A stretch of 64,000 bases of DNA, taken from assembly GCA_051294375.1 (NCBI GenBank), contig CM119266.1, forward strand, positions 22,546,680-22,610,679, given 5' to 3'. Positions 63,365 through 64,000 of this stretch are shown here, in pieces. The notes beneath the pieces were generated by a model. It did not search any database. It was not told the origin of the DNA and worked only from the letters and a program-made list of their open reading frames with translations. The position numbers were made by a program, and so were the translations under genes. Positions within the stretch are counted from its first letter, which is position 1, and each line of letters opens with the position of its first letter. The stretch is from Paraspadella gotoi. Lineage: Eukaryota; Animalia; Chaetognatha.

Positions 63365-63482
63365 TTTTATTTTTATCACTTTGATTGAGAGTAATTCAAA
63401 AGCATTAAAAAGGTTTTGGTTTAGTTGAATATCACACATGATTCTCAAAAAGACTAAAAATATGTCTCTTGCTACAATGCAG

Positions 63483-63920
63483 ATTGGCGCTGGGAATCCA
63501 CGGACAGGGCCTTCAACGCAGGCTTCTTTGATTTTCGGGTTTGATCCCTTTCGTCTTCGCCTATATTCGGATCGAAGTAATACCTGGCCTCGTCGAAAGT
63601 TCCGCTTCGCTTATCTTGGTTCTACCGGGCGTTGGCGGGAAATAAATGGATGGGTGAGAAAGTGGCGTGGAAGGGGAGCGGAGGATAAAATGGATGACCG
63701 AACTTTCCAACAATGCAGACAGAAAACTCGATTAAAATTGGCGCGCGCTTACCAACTGAAAATGCTTGGTTGTGGACCAGATTTGAATATTTTTTTTACA
63801 GTTGTCGACCCAGACTTTAGCCTCGGGGAAAACGGTGACCAGATGATTGACAACGGGGATTGGAACGTACGTCAGGAACTTGACCTTGGGGCAGCGATTC
63901 GATTGGATGAGATGAGATAT
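63483..63920 (+). CDS. Candidate exons of an unknown protein (63483-63653 and 63802-~63920), weakly C-type-lectin-like
   Basis: Acceptors tgcag| and ttttacag|, donors gtgaga and gtaggt; frames give WRWESTDRAFNAGFFDF and FAYLGSTGRWREING; phases need an indel to reconcile. Confidence 0.25.
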
Positions 63921-64000
63921 GTAGGTCTAATAACATCTTCAGACTAAACTCTTTCATTTTTCAACCGACCGCCCATTCTCTTGTGACCTGACGAAATTAC

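Overview
This is eukaryotic, very probably invertebrate animal, genomic DNA from a draft assembly. It is dominated by (GA)n/(GAC)n/(AAT)n microsatellites, N-gaps and indel-rich gap-fill sequence, and nearly all ORFs in the supplied track are microsatellite read-throughs. Two spliced genes can be reconstructed by hand. (1) 8928-12265 (+): a roughly 7-exon IphP/MptpB-like (Y_phosphatase3-type) cysteine phosphatase whose P-loop reads approximately C-K-W-G-K-D-K-T, i.e. Cx5K instead of Cx5R. (2) 61294-62934 (+): a 2-exon secreted protein with a recognisable BMP/TGF-beta prodomain joined to a very atypical cystine knot (C-x5-C ring, C-x2-C, an eighth Cys), with features recalling noggin/Pinhead-type knots. 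The second gene is the most interesting object in the window. Two large tandem duplications (about 3.5 kb and 6.3 kb), each split by a 25-N gap, are most likely assembly artefacts. Also present: a decayed Penelope-like retroelement, MITE-like elements, a tRNA-derived SINE, a possible neuropeptide-precursor exon, a possible degenerate HDV-like fold, CCAAT-box pairs spaced 31-33 bp, and several unassigned exon-like islands. No rRNA, intact tRNA, CRISPR array or prokaryotic system is supported.
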